The notes below the pieces were generated by a model, which saw only the letters and a list, made by a program, of their open reading frames with translations, had not been told where the DNA came from and did not search any database. DNA of 64,000 nt from Macrostomum lignano (Eukaryota). The stretch lies in contig NIVC01001557.1 of NCBI GenBank assembly GCA_002269645.1, positions 204,556-268,555 on the forward strand, given 5' to 3'. The position numbers were made by a program, and so were the translations under genes. Below, piece by piece: positions 12,647-24,739 of the stretch (the stretch's first letter is position 1; the number at the start of each line of letters is the position of its first letter).

Positions 12647-15600
12647 ATGGAGGACACCGCCTCGCTCAAGGACAGCTCGATGACCATCGTTCAGGCCGCT
12701 GATAGCACCATCGCCTTCGCCTATATCAAGGAGGTCCAAGCCAAGAAAAAGCGCTTCTTTGTGCTCAAGTCGCAGCCAAGACGCAGCTCGTTAACTAACG
12801 AGTTTGAGTCTGGTAAATCCACTCTGAACCTGCCGCCGAGGTACTTTCTGTACGCCTATAAGAATAAGAAGTGCTACGAGAGAGGCGAGCCAAAGCGAGT
12901 TTACGACTTGGCCAACGTCATCCTGCTGTCCAGAAGCACTAAGAAAGCAAATCAGACTATTCTGGGCGTTTGTCTTCAGGTTTGTCATTTGGGAAATTAA
13001 TTTCCCTCCCCCCCATGCATATCCTCTGTGTTGCTGGGTTCTTGCCGGAAGCAGCCGGGTCTTGTGAGAGAAATCGATCTTCTGCTTTTGCTAAACCAAA
13101 TTAATTTTCCTTTTAGAAGCCCTGACGTCTTCTTTCAGAAACAGCATGTCTTTCAGAAACAGCATGTCTTCTTTCAGAAACAGCATGTCTTCTTTCAGAA
13201 ACAGCATGTATTCTTTCAGAAACAGCATGTCTTCTTTCAGAAACAGCATGTCTTTTTTCAGAAACAGCATGTCTTCTTTCAGAAACAGCATGTCTTCTTT
13301 CAGAAACAGCATGTCTTCTTTCAGAAACAGCATGTCTTTTTTCAGAAACAGCATGTCTTTTTTCAGAAACAGCATGTCTTCTTTCAGAAACAGCATGTCT
13401 TTTTTCAGAAACAGCATGTCTTTTTTCAGAAACAGCATGTCTTCTTTCAGAAACAGCATGTCTTCTTTCAGAAACAGCATGTCTTCTTTCAGAAACAGCA
13501 TGTCTTCTTTCAGAAACAGCATGTCTTTTTTCAGAAACAGCATGTCTTTTTTCAGAAACAGCATGTCTTCTTTCAGAAACAGCAGGTCTTCTTTTCGAAA
13601 CAGCATGTCTTCTTTTACCCTAAAAACACCATGTCTTCTAAGCACCGCTGTCTTCATAAAAAAATTCCCTTCTTGCCCCGGTAAAGCACGTAGTCTTCAT
13701 TAAAAATTCCCTAGGTTATTATACAAACATCGTGTCTTCTTCAAAGACTATTTGATATATTTTTTTCGGCAGTTTTTTCTTCCCGTGACAGCGTGTTTTC
13801 GTTTAAAAAAACTGTTTCCCAGCTCTCTGTAATTCGAAGTATTTGTTGCCAACCGCCGCCCAGGATGAGGCACTGTACCTGGAATTCGACACGGAGGACG
13901 AGCTCAGCCGCTGGTATTTCCACCTGAACGAGATTTTCTCGGCGCAGCGCAACTGTCTATGGCCGGAACTGAAGCAGTGCGTCAACGTCACGCTGAAGAA
14001 CAAAGAGCTAGCCGCCGCCTCTTCTAAGCATGGCAAGCCGAACTTACCTGGGCAATATCGATTCTGCCTGACTGACTCGGCGGTGCTGCTAGTGAAAGAC
14101 GACCTCCTTAATCCCGTGCTAAGCCTGCCGTTCCCTTGCATCCGCTCCTGTACACATTCTACTGTGTCCAATCTGCTGAAAATCGATTTGGGACGGCTGA
14201 GCCCTCTGGGCGAGGGTCTGTTGCACTTTAAGGTGAAGCTTGTTATAATGCGCGCTTATCTGGGTAGACTAGTATGATTTTTTACATAAAGTACAAGCTG
14301 AATAGCTGCAGGTTACAAGCTGAATAGCTGCAGGTTACAAGCTGAATAGCTGCAGGTTACAAGCTGAATAGCTGCAGGTTACAAGCTGAATAGCTGCAGG
14401 TTACAAGCTGAATAGCTGCAGGTTACAAGCTGAATAGCTGCAGGTTACAAGCTGAATAGCTGCAGGTTACAAGCTAAATTGCTACATGTTAAAGTTATAA
14501 ACCCGATACTGGTGGCAAATGAAACACCCGAGGGCCTCAACTTGTGCAATTGCGAATTAACTTATTACTAATACTGTTAACAGAGTAACAGTTGCAGTCA
14601 TCGCCGATATGTATCGTAAATAATTTTTTACTTTGCATTTCAGGCCGAGCAGAGCTCCCCATTCAAAGAGCTGGTGGAGCACCTGGTCCGCTGTCTGTAC
14701 GAGACCGGCAGCAGAGACTTGGAGATTGTTAAAAGCAGAAAAAATCGGCGCAATTCCCGACAGACTTCGTCGACAGTATCGGGCTCGACAGCGGATGATT
14801 ATCAGGCCCAGCGACCCGCCTCGGTGCACTGCTTCAACCAGCGTACCGCCTGCGCTCACTGCGCTGCCAGGGCGAGTGTGTGAGTGCCGTTTGAGTAGTT
14901 CATGCTTTTTTTGTCTGGCACTGAGCTAAATTTCTGTTTGTGTTTGTAAATATTACCCTCGCTTCTGAACCCTATTCTGAATGGCCCGGTGAATTCTATT
15001 GTGAATGGCACTGTGAATTCTATTGTGAATAGCCCTGTGAACCCTATTGTGAATGGCCTTGTGAACCCTATTGTGAATAGCCCTGTGAACCCTATTGTGA
15101 ATAGCCCTGTGAACCCTATTCTGAATGGCCTTGTGAACCCTATTGTGAATTGCCCTGTGAACCATATTGTGAATAGCCCTGTGAACCCTATTGTGAATGG
15201 CCCGGTGAATTCTATTGTGAATGGCACTGTGAATTCTACTTTGAATAGCCCTGTGAACCCTATTGTGAATAGCCCTGTGAACCCTATTGTGAATGGCACT
15301 GTGAACCCTATTGTGAATAGCCCAGTGGACCCAATTGTGAATGGCCCTGTGAACCCTATTGTGAATAGCCCTGTAAACCCTATTGTGAATTGCCCTGTGA
15401 ACCCTATTGTGAATGGCCCTGTGAACCCTATTGTAAATGGCACTGTGAACCCCATTGGGAATGGCCCTGTGAACCCTACTGGTAATGGCCCTATGAACCC
15501 TAATGTGAATAGCCATGTGAACCATATTTTGAATAGCCCCGTGAACCATATTGTGAATAGCCCAGTGGACCCAATTGTGAATGGCCCTGTGAACCCTATT

Positions 15601-18600
15601 GTGAATAGCCCTGTAAACCCTATTGTGAATTGCCCTGTGAACCCTATTGTGAATGGCCCTGTGAACCCTATTGTAAATGGCACTGTGAACCCCATTGGGA
15701 ATGGCCCTGTGAACCCTACTGGTAATGGCCCTATGAACCCTAATGTGAATAGCCATGTGAACCATATTTTGAATAGCCCCGTGAACCATATTGTGAATAG
15801 CCTTGTGAAGCACATTGTGAATGGCCCTGTGAACCATATTGTGAATAGCCCCGTGAACCATATTGTGAATGGTACTGTGAACCATATTGTGATTGGTACT
15901 GTGAAATCTCTTGTGAATGGCCCTGTGAACCATATTGTGAATGGTACTGTGAAATCTCTTGTGAATGGCCCTGTGAACCATATTGTGAATGGTACTGTGA
16001 AATCTCTTGTGAATGGCCCTGTGAACCATATTGTGAATAGCCTTGTGAAGCACATTGTGAATGGCCCTGTGAACCATATTTTGAATAGCCCCGTGAACCA
16101 TATTGTGAATGGTACTGTGAACCATATTGTGATTGGTACTGTGAAATCTCTTGTGAATGGCCCTGTGAACCATATTGTGAATGGTACTGTGAAATCTCTT
16201 GTGAATGGCCCTGTGAACCATATTGTGAATAGCCTTGTGAAGCACATTGTAAATGGCCCTGTGAACCATATTGTGAATAGCCCCGTGAACCATATTGTGA
16301 ATGGTACTGTGAACCGTATTGTGATTGGTACTGTGAAATCTCTTGTGAATGGCCCTGTGAACCATATTGTGAATGGTACTGTGAAATCTCTTGTGAATGG
16401 CCCTGTGAACCATATTGTGAATAGCCTTGTGAAGCACATTGTAAATGGCCCTGTGAACCATATTGTGAATAGCCCTGTGAACCCTATTGGGTATTGCTTA
16501 GAACCTTACGAAGAATCGCCCTCTGAATCTGAAACCTTTCAAAAACGTCCCCCCTGTAAACCCGCCCTTCTACGCAGTTCGAGTGCTGCTCAGATGAAGC
16601 CGAGCCAGTCCAGCAGCGGCCTGGGCTCCGACGGAAGCTGCAGCGGAAGTCGCGGCCTCAGCCTGCCGCCGCCAGACTGTCAATCGCAGTGTTCGTCTGC
16701 CCAGCAACAGCAGCAGCAACAGGAAGATTACTGTCTGATGGAGATGTCTACGGGTAGCAACGATGTTGGCGGCACTGGCGGCGTCGCTTTTCGCAGTCGA
16801 TCGCCGAATTCGTCGATGTCCTTGTCGACTACCAGCGAAGTGACGGGCGGTGGCGGCGGTGCGGATTCAGAGAGAGGGCCGAGTGGTAAGGAAAAATTTT
16901 CGAAGCTGGAGCTGTACATCTTTCTGCTAGGAATTTCAAAACCCTACAAAAATCGGCCTTTAAATCACTTATGAGAATCGGCCTTCAAATCCTTGTAAAA
17001 TCGGCCTTCAAAACATTATCAGAATCGGACTTCAAGACCCTATAAAAATCGGCCTTTAAAACATTATCAAAATCGATCCTTCAATCGATCGAAGAAGACC
17101 CTATGAGAATCGGCCTTCAAAACATTATCAGAATCGGACTTCAAGACCCTATAAAAATCGGCCTTTAAAACATTATCAAAATCGATCCTTCAATCGATCG
17201 AAGAAGACCCTATGAGAATCGGCCTTCAAAACATTATCAGAATCGGTTTATGTAACCCTATGAGAATCGGCCTTCAAAAAATTATCAGAATCGGTTTATG
17301 TAACCCTATGAGAATCGGCCTTCAAAAAATTATCAGAATCGGTTTATGTAACCCTATGAGAATCGGCCTTCAAAAAATTATCAGAATCGGTTTATGTAAC
17401 CCTATGAGAATCGGCCTTCAAAACATTATCAGAATCGGCCTTTAACTATATGAGAATAGACTTCGAAAAACCATAGAGATTAGCCTTCAAAACCCGGCGG
17501 CTACGAGAATGCTTAAATGCTTTGTTTAGCGCAAAGATTACTTATTGTAAGCTTGTACAGCTGTTTATTATAAACTTAACATTATACAGTGTATTTATAC
17601 TAAGTCCTATGTACTAATGTTTTTGCGCGCTCAACGTAAGAGGCGCGTCTGTGTGTTTTCTCTCTCTCTCTCTTTCTCTCTCTTTCTACCCTCTCCTCTC
17701 CCCAATCTCTGTGTGGGGCAGAAGCCCCATGTTTTGGCTGGCATTTCGTCTCAGCGCGCGCGCGACCGCGTGTTTTTCTGCACTTTATTCTTTAGTCCAA
17801 CTTTCAGCCTGGCCCCGGCAACTAACAGATTTACATTATTATATACGCTTAGCTAAATATAGTACTAACGCAGATATAATATAATAATTGGCATAAGCAC
17901 AAATGCCAGCGTGTGAACAGGCGACCTTTCCAATTTTTTTCCGCCCTTATTGCCCTTTACTATTTTCTATATTAATTATCCGCCTTATAAAGTAGTTTAC
18001 GATACATATCGGCTGCGTTTAACTGTCAATGTGCTCTTTAATTGAAATTGTTTTTATTTTTTATCGTCATGACTTCGAGTTTAACGGAACAGGGTCGGTC
18101 TAATGCCTTTATCAGGCGTTGCACTGCAGATGCCCCTTATCTATTTTCTATTTTCCCCCAAGTGCTTTTCTCACTGTCCTACGCTCCCTTGCCTGACCTA
18201 ATTAGTCGTGTCTTCTAACTTGGGTGGGGGGTTGCCTTTTTATCTGCATTTGCAGTGCTAGCAGCGGCTCGGCACAACCAGCTCCTACCTGTTGTGCGGG
18301 TTCACCGTAAGCCTTTGCTTGACTCTGTATCCAATATAATATTTCTGAACCCTCTCTGTATTGTACTTTGACAGCTATTATGCATTTGTATATACCTTAA
18401 CTATTCGTTAAACATCGATGTTAAATGAGCAGTCTTGTCCTCGTGTGACCTCTGACCTTTGGCAACGAATCGGTAAAGATATTTGCTTAAAGATTCAAAC
18501 TGTAAATCCCCTATGCTCCGTGTAATCCAGTCCCAGCAACCTTGCTGCATCAGCGTAAACCCGCTAGATTTAACCTTTTGACCTCATTTTCAGCCGTGTC

Positions 18601-21600
18601 AACCGGTCACCGCGGTTTCGGTCCGGCTGACGAGCAGCTGCAGCATCATCAGCACCATCAAGGTGAGCAGCGACTCGTGTGTTTTCTAGAATCTGATTTA
18701 GAATCGCGCCCATAAACCAACTCCAGCCATTCCCATAAACCAACTCCAACCATTCCCATAAACCAACTCCAGCCATCCCCATAAACCAACTCCAGCCATC
18801 CCCATAAACCAACTTTACCACCCCCATAAACCAACTTTACCACCCCCATAAACCAACTTAACCATTCCCATAAACCAACTCCAACCATTCCCATAAACCA
18901 ACTCCAGCCATCCCCATAAACCAACTCCAGCCATCCCCATAAACCAACTCCAGCCATTCCCATAAACCAACTCCAACCATTCCCATAAACCAACTCCAAC
19001 CATTCCCATAAACCAACTCCAACCATTCCCATAAACCAACTCCAGCCATTCCCATAAACCAACTCCAACCATTCCCATAAACCAACTCCAGCCATCCCCA
19101 TAAACCAACTCCAGCCATCCCCATAAACCAACTCCAGCCATCCCCATAAACCAACTTTACCACCCCCATAAACCAACTTTACCACCCCCATAAACCAACT
19201 TAACCATTCCCATAAACCAACTCCAACCATTCCCATAAACCAACTCCAACCATCCCCATAAACCAACTCCAGCCACCCCCATAAACCAACTCCAGCCACC
19301 CCCATAAACCAACTTTACCATCCCCATAACCAACTTTACCATCCCCATAAACCAACTCCAGCCACCCCCATAAACCAACTCTAGCCACCCCTATAAACCA
19401 ACTCCAGCCACCCCCATAAACCAACTCCAACCATTCCCATAAACCAACTCTAGCCACCCCCATAAACCAACTCCAGCCACCCCCATAAACCATCTCCAGC
19501 CACCCCCATAAACCAACTCCAGCCACCCCCATAGACCAAGAGCCTCTTCAACGCTCCCGCAGGCTCGCCCATCAGTCGTGCCAACAGCATCGGATGCCGG
19601 CCACAGAGTCGGGGCGGACTATTGTCCCAGTACCCCGTCGTGCACCATCCCCATCATTCGCAGCAGCAGCAGCAGCAACAGAGATCGCCGCACATGCAAT
19701 CTAGGAGTCGATTCCAGCATCAGCACCAGCACCATCATCGCAACTCATCCAGCCATCAGGTATTCGCTGAGCAGCAGGGTTTCTCAAGGCCGAGAACGAC
19801 TAGTGATGCGGCTTCGCTTAACGCTTCTTGCGCTAACTGCGGCACCAGGTATTCTCCGGGGGAAGTCGTATCAAGGTTGCATGTATTTCCACTGAGGCCA
19901 TGAGCAGCCCTTTTATGGTTCTGTTTTACGAGTATAATACTACATGTGTAGTTATTAGCTTTAAAAATCCATGTTCAAGTCAGAAATCCATATAGGAATA
20001 AAGTCCATCTAGGTTTTTAGGTCAGAATGACAGAATCATTAACTATCGTATCTAACTAAATTCAAGGCTTTGAGGTCTAAACATTTGTACTTTTAGGTCA
20101 AGATCATCAATCAAGGTTTTTAGGTCAGGAATCATTCATCAAGGTTTTTAGGTCAGGAGTCATTCATCAAAGTTTTTAGGTCAGGAATCATTCATCAAAG
20201 TTTTTAGGTCAGGAGTCATTCATCAAAGTTTTTAGGTCAGGAATCATTCATCAAGGTTTTTAGGTCAGGAGTCATTCATCAAGGTTTTTAGGTCAGGAAT
20301 CATTAATCAAAGTTTTTAGGTCAGGAATCATTAATCAAAGTTTTTAGGTCAGGATCATTAATCAAGGTTTTTAGGTCAAGATAATTCATCAAAGTTTTTA
20401 GGTCAGGAATCATTCATCAAAGTTTTTAGGTCAGGAATCATTCATCAAAGTTTTTAGGTCAGGAATCATTCATCAAAGTTTTTAGGTCAGGAATCATTCA
20501 TCAAAGTTTTTAGGTCAGGAATCATTCATCAAAGTTTTTAGGTCAGGAATCATTCATCAAAAAGTTTTTAGGTCAGGAGTCATTCATCAAGGTTTTTAGG
20601 TCAGGAGTCATTCATCAAGGTTTTTAGGTCAGGAATCATTAATCAAAGTTTTTAGGTCAGGAATCATTAATCAAAGTTTTTAGGTCAAGATCATCAATCA
20701 AAGTTTTTAGGTCAGGAATCATTCATCAAAAAGTTTTTAGGTCAGGAATCATTCATCAAAAAGTTTTTAGGTCAGAAATCATTCATCAAAAAGTTTTTAG
20801 GTCAGGATCATTAATCAAGGTTTTTAGGTCAGGAGTCATTCATCAAGGTTTTTAGGTCAGGAATCATTAATCAAAGTTTTTAGGTCAGGAATCATTAACC
20901 AAAGTTTTTAGGTCAAGATCATCAATCAAAGTTTTTAGGTCAAGATCATCAATCAAAGTTTTTAGGTCAGGAATCATTCATCAAAAAGTTTTTAGGTCAG
21001 GAATCATTCATCAAAAAGTTTTTAGGTCAGAAATCATTCATCAAAAAGTTTTTAGGTCAGAAATCATTCATCAAAAAGTTTTTAGGTCAGGAATCATTCA
21101 TTAAAAGGTTTTTAGGTCAAGATCATCAATCAAGGTTTTTAGGTCAGGAATCATTCATTAAAGTTTTTAGGTCAAGATCACCAATCAAGGTTTTTAGGTC
21201 AGGCCCCATAGGCCCCTTGTCAGTCTCAAGCAGAACCTGCTCACTCCTGCGCCACCCTCTGCTAGCAGCAGCGGCGGCCTGCTCCGCGGTTTCCGTCCCC
21301 GGGCGATTTCCTACGGCAACAAGTTCGGTCGGCCAGCCGCTCAACCAGCCGACGGAGAAGTCCTCGGCGTGTGCGACATCGCTAGTTCGTCGGGCGCCTC
21401 CCCGGCGCCTTCTCTGGCGCTGTCCAGCTGCATGCGGCCGCTGTCCGAGTCCACGGCCTCATCGTCTGGCGAGCTGGCCGTCCCTGCCGCGGTGTCGCAG
21501 CAGCCGTCTCGTCTATCAGCCGACGATGAGGGCAGCTACGTCACGATGCTGCTCCGGCCCACACGGAGTTGCCTTCGTCAGAACAGCTATCAGCAGCAGC

Positions 21601-21791
21601 GGGAGCTGGACGAGCACAAGGGCCTGAACGGTGATGACGACTTCGATCCCTACTGGACACCGCCTGGACGGTTGGACAGCCTGCTGGGTCCCGGCACTTC
21701 TGTGGAACCCCCGACAGTTGACAGCGCAGCGTCTCTCGTTGGTGGATCTGAGGACTACTTCATGATGGACCTCGGCGGTGCCACCGACTGA
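12647..21791 (+). CDS. IRS: Insulin receptor substrate (IRS/chico-like), about 722 aa. Exons 12647-12979, 13864-14232, 14644-14879, 16578-16885, 18594-18662, 19563-19848, 21224-21791
   Basis: Exon 1 is a PH-like domain. Exon 2 completes the PH (LYLEFDTEDELSRWY) and encodes an IRS-type PTB (NLPGQYRFCLT...IRSCTH...KIDLGRLSPLGEG; compare IRS1 NLIGIYRLCLT...IRRCGH...IEVGRSAVTGPG). The tail has YxxM motifs (YCLM, YVTM, YFMM) and RxRxxS motifs. All six introns are GT-AG with matching phases (0,0,2,1,1,2); exons total 2169 nt. Confidence 0.88.
13127..13615. repeat. 21-bp minisatellite (TTCAGAAACAGCATGTCTTCT), about 23 copies, IRS coding intron 1
   Basis: Direct inspection. It generates the FQKQHVF-type artefact ORFs. 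Confidence 0.95.
14292..14475. repeat. 22-bp minisatellite (TACAAGCTGAATAGCTGCAGGT), about 8 near-perfect copies, IRS intron 2
   Basis: Direct inspection. Confidence 0.95.
14962..16488. repeat. 12/24-bp minisatellite (TGTGAATAGCCCTGTGAACCCTAT variants), IRS intron 3
   Basis: Direct inspection. It includes a 240-bp block duplication (marker CCCAGTGGACCCAATT at 15321 and 15561). Confidence 0.95.
16955..17500. repeat. AATCGG-based minisatellite (48-bp units plus two about 110-bp blocks), IRS intron 4
   Basis: CTATGAGAATCGGCCTTCAAAAAATTATCAGAATCGGTTTATGTAACC repeated. Confidence 0.9.
18706..19535. repeat. 23-bp minisatellite (CCATTCCCATAAACCAACTCCAG variants), IRS intron 5
   Basis: Direct inspection. 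It fills nearly the whole intron. Confidence 0.95.
20085..21203. repeat. About 28-bp minisatellite (TTTTTAGGTCAGGAATCATTCATCAAAG), about 40 copies, IRS intron 6
   Basis: Direct inspection. Confidence 0.95.
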
Positions 21792-22216
21792 TTTTCAATT
21801 TGTTTGCCTCATGCCGCGCCATGCCTGTGGCGAGTGTCACACCTCAAACCTTGTGCGTTTCATTGCATTCGTTGAATGGCTTGGCAAGAGTTGATTTGTA
21901 AATTTCTATTTTCAACTGTGTGTAGAATTTTGATTTGAATATTATCCTGCTTATTTATCTTGATGTTAATGATACTTCTTCCCGGGTTATTTATTCCAAA
22001 ATTTTACCTTCTACTATTTCATTTGCTTGCTGCTCGCTTGTTCATGCTCTTTATGATATTTGTATGCATACGAAAATGTCATTGTAACGTTTTGCTCGGA
22101 TATTGTTCATTGTTGATTCTTTTCATGTCCACGCATTATTAATTTGTAGCTATTAACCTGCACTGACTACAGCCTTAAAGATTATTTGTTAATAAGATAT
22201 ATAAAAACATAAATGC

Positions 22217-23112
22217 GGCACAGATAAGCGAGATTTACAGGTGAGTTGGGCACAGATAAGCGAGATTTACAGGTGAGTGGGGCTCAAATAGGAGAGATTT
22301 TCAGGTGAGTGGGGCACAGATAAGAGATACAGGTGAGTGGGGCACAGACAAGAGAGATACAGGTGAGTGGGGCACAGATAAGAGAGATACAGGTGAGTGG
22401 GGCACAGATAAGAGAGATAAAGTTGAGTGGGGCACAGATAAGAGATACAGGTGAGTGGGGCACAGACAAGAGAGATACAGGTGAGTGGGGCACAGATAAG
22501 AGAGATAAAGTTGAGTGGGGCACAGATAAGAGAGATACAGGTGAGTGGGGCACAGACAAGAGAGATACAGGTGAGTGGGGCACAGATAAGAGAGATTTAC
22601 AGGTGAGTGGGGCACAGATAAGCGAGATTTACAGGTGAGTGGGGCACAGATAAGAGAGATACAGGTGAGTGAGGCACAGATAAGAGATACAGGTGAGTTA
22701 GGCACAGATAAGAGAGATACAGGTGAGTGAGGCACAGATAAGAGATACAGGTGAGTGGGGCACAGATAAGAGATACAGGTGAGTGAGGCACAGATAAGAG
22801 ATACAGGTGAGTGAGGCACAGATAAGAGATACAGGTGAGTGGGGCACAGATAAGAGATACAGGTGAGTGAGGCTCAGATAAGAGATACAGGTGAGTGGGG
22901 CACAGATAAGAGAGATACAGGTGAGTGAGGCACAGATAAGAGATACAGGTGAGTGGGGCACAGATAAGAGAGACAAAGTTGAGTGGGGCACAGATAAGAG
23001 AGACAAAGTTGAGTGGGGCACAGATAAGAGATACAGGTGAGTGGGGCACAGATAAGCGAGATTTACAGGTGAGTGGGGCACACATAAGAGAGACAGTTAA
23101 GTGGGGCACAGA
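22217..23112. repeat. 28-32-bp minisatellite (ACAGGTGAGTGGGGCACAGATAAGAGAGAT) downstream of the IRS stop
   Basis: Direct inspection. Most units contain CAG|GTGAGT. Confidence 0.95.
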
Positions 23113-23749
23113 GACAAAGGTGAGGCTGCTAACCTGTTTGCTTGCTGCCTGCGGCACCCTGACAGCAGAAATGCGTCATATTGAATTATTGCTTGTCCAG
23201 TTTGCACAGCTAGTCACGGTTGTTGCAGGTCTGTCTGTTGTAAACATTTGTGGGTAATCAGCACTATATCGGTCTACAGAAATATTGGACTAGCACACAG
23301 CTCATTTTCTCCCATTCGCTTCGTTATTTCTTTCTGCACCTCAATTGCTTCAATGCCCAAATCCCTCCGTTTTTACCTGGCTTTTTCCTTTGTTAATATC
23401 TAGTCAGTTTATATTTTGATTTCATCGCGCCTGCACAGTGAGGCCTCTGACAATTGTTCGATCTGTTATAATGAGTAAATATATGCGCGTATTGCGTATT
23501 AGTGTGTATTGACAAATATATCGAATCACTTCTCCAGCCCCTGAGCTCTTCCCGCTTGGTTTCGCTAGGAATTTTGGCTGTTTTTTGTTGTTTTCTTTTT
23601 TGTTTTAATTAGTAAGCTTTCTTGCGTGACCTGGTCTGGTAGGTCTCAGTTGTTAGTTCTCAGTTAATTATTTATTTCAGCCTTTGTCTCGTTTCTCGCT
23701 GCCATTTTTTAATTCTTTTTACCCTCTTAGATGGCTTTGAATTCCTTTG

Positions 23750-24028
23750 CTGACTGACTGACTGACTGACTGACTGACTGACTGACTGACTGACTCACTG
23801 ACTGACTGACTGACTGACTGACTCACTGACTGACTCACTGACTGACTCACTGACTGACTGACTCACTGACTCACTGACTGACTGACTGACTGACTCACTG
23901 ACTCACTGACTGACTCACTGACTCACTGACTCACTGACTCACTGACTCACTGACTCACTGACTGACTGACTGACTGACTGACTGACTGACTGACTGACTG
24001 ACTGACTGACTGACTGACTGACTGACTG
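23750..24028. repeat. (TGAC)n microsatellite with interspersed TCAC variants
   Basis: Direct inspection. Confidence 0.95.
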
Positions 24029-24739
24029 TATTAATCTCGGGCATGAGTTTGCTCTTCCTCTCAGTCTTAACATTGAGTCCTACTCATAAAAGTACAAGTC
24101 AACAACAGCAGCGTCTGTGTAGGCCCGTGTGCTCTGTCCCTGGAAATCCAGCTGTGCTAACAGATGTGTGGGCAAAACAGTAGCAGGCAGGCAAGCAGCA
24201 GAGATGAGAGAGAAGGGCTGGCGATGGCGAACCATATGATGCTGGGTATCCGACTGATCCCAGATCTTTTATCTGGGCAATGCACGTGCGATTGAGGATA
24301 TGGTGTGTGTTCTGTGCTCAACACTGTAATACTCTGGCCCTCTCTACATCGGTGTCTTTGAACTGAACCCGAAATTTGAGCAGGCTGGATACAGTGGGAC
24401 GTCTGATTCCCACACTGGGACTACCCGCCCTTCTTGTGACATTGCGGCTGGCAATTTTGTATCGTTTCGAATATTTCGACCCAGTTCTTGTCTGATGCTA
24501 TTTGTGTCTGCCCCGGTTGGAATATCTTTTCTGAATCTGTAGCAGATTGTTCTTCGTGCGTGGGAATTCTTCCAGAAGATTGTAGGGTTTCGATTGCAGT
24601 TGTTGCTGTTTGGGCACCGGAGGTGTGGCATATGTCGTTTGAATGTCTGGGGACTATTGGGTGCCATCGTACTGGAGTCTAAAGAGTCACTGGTGTGTTA
24701 GGACAGTTTGTTGAAAAGGTATAGCATTGTATTTTTAAA

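Noticed and set aside
13028-13703. Long ORFs in repeats (FQKQHVF, LSIY, LSP/FSL, PEFPPF, WLELVYG, DCHRVIIG and similar), here and in other arrays
   Set aside because: They are translation artefacts of tandem repeats lacking stops, located in introns or intergenic DNA.
24344-24667. 107-aa minus-strand ORF, possible retroelement fragment
   Set aside because: I recognise no RT, endonuclease or other motif in any frame; it needs a database search.
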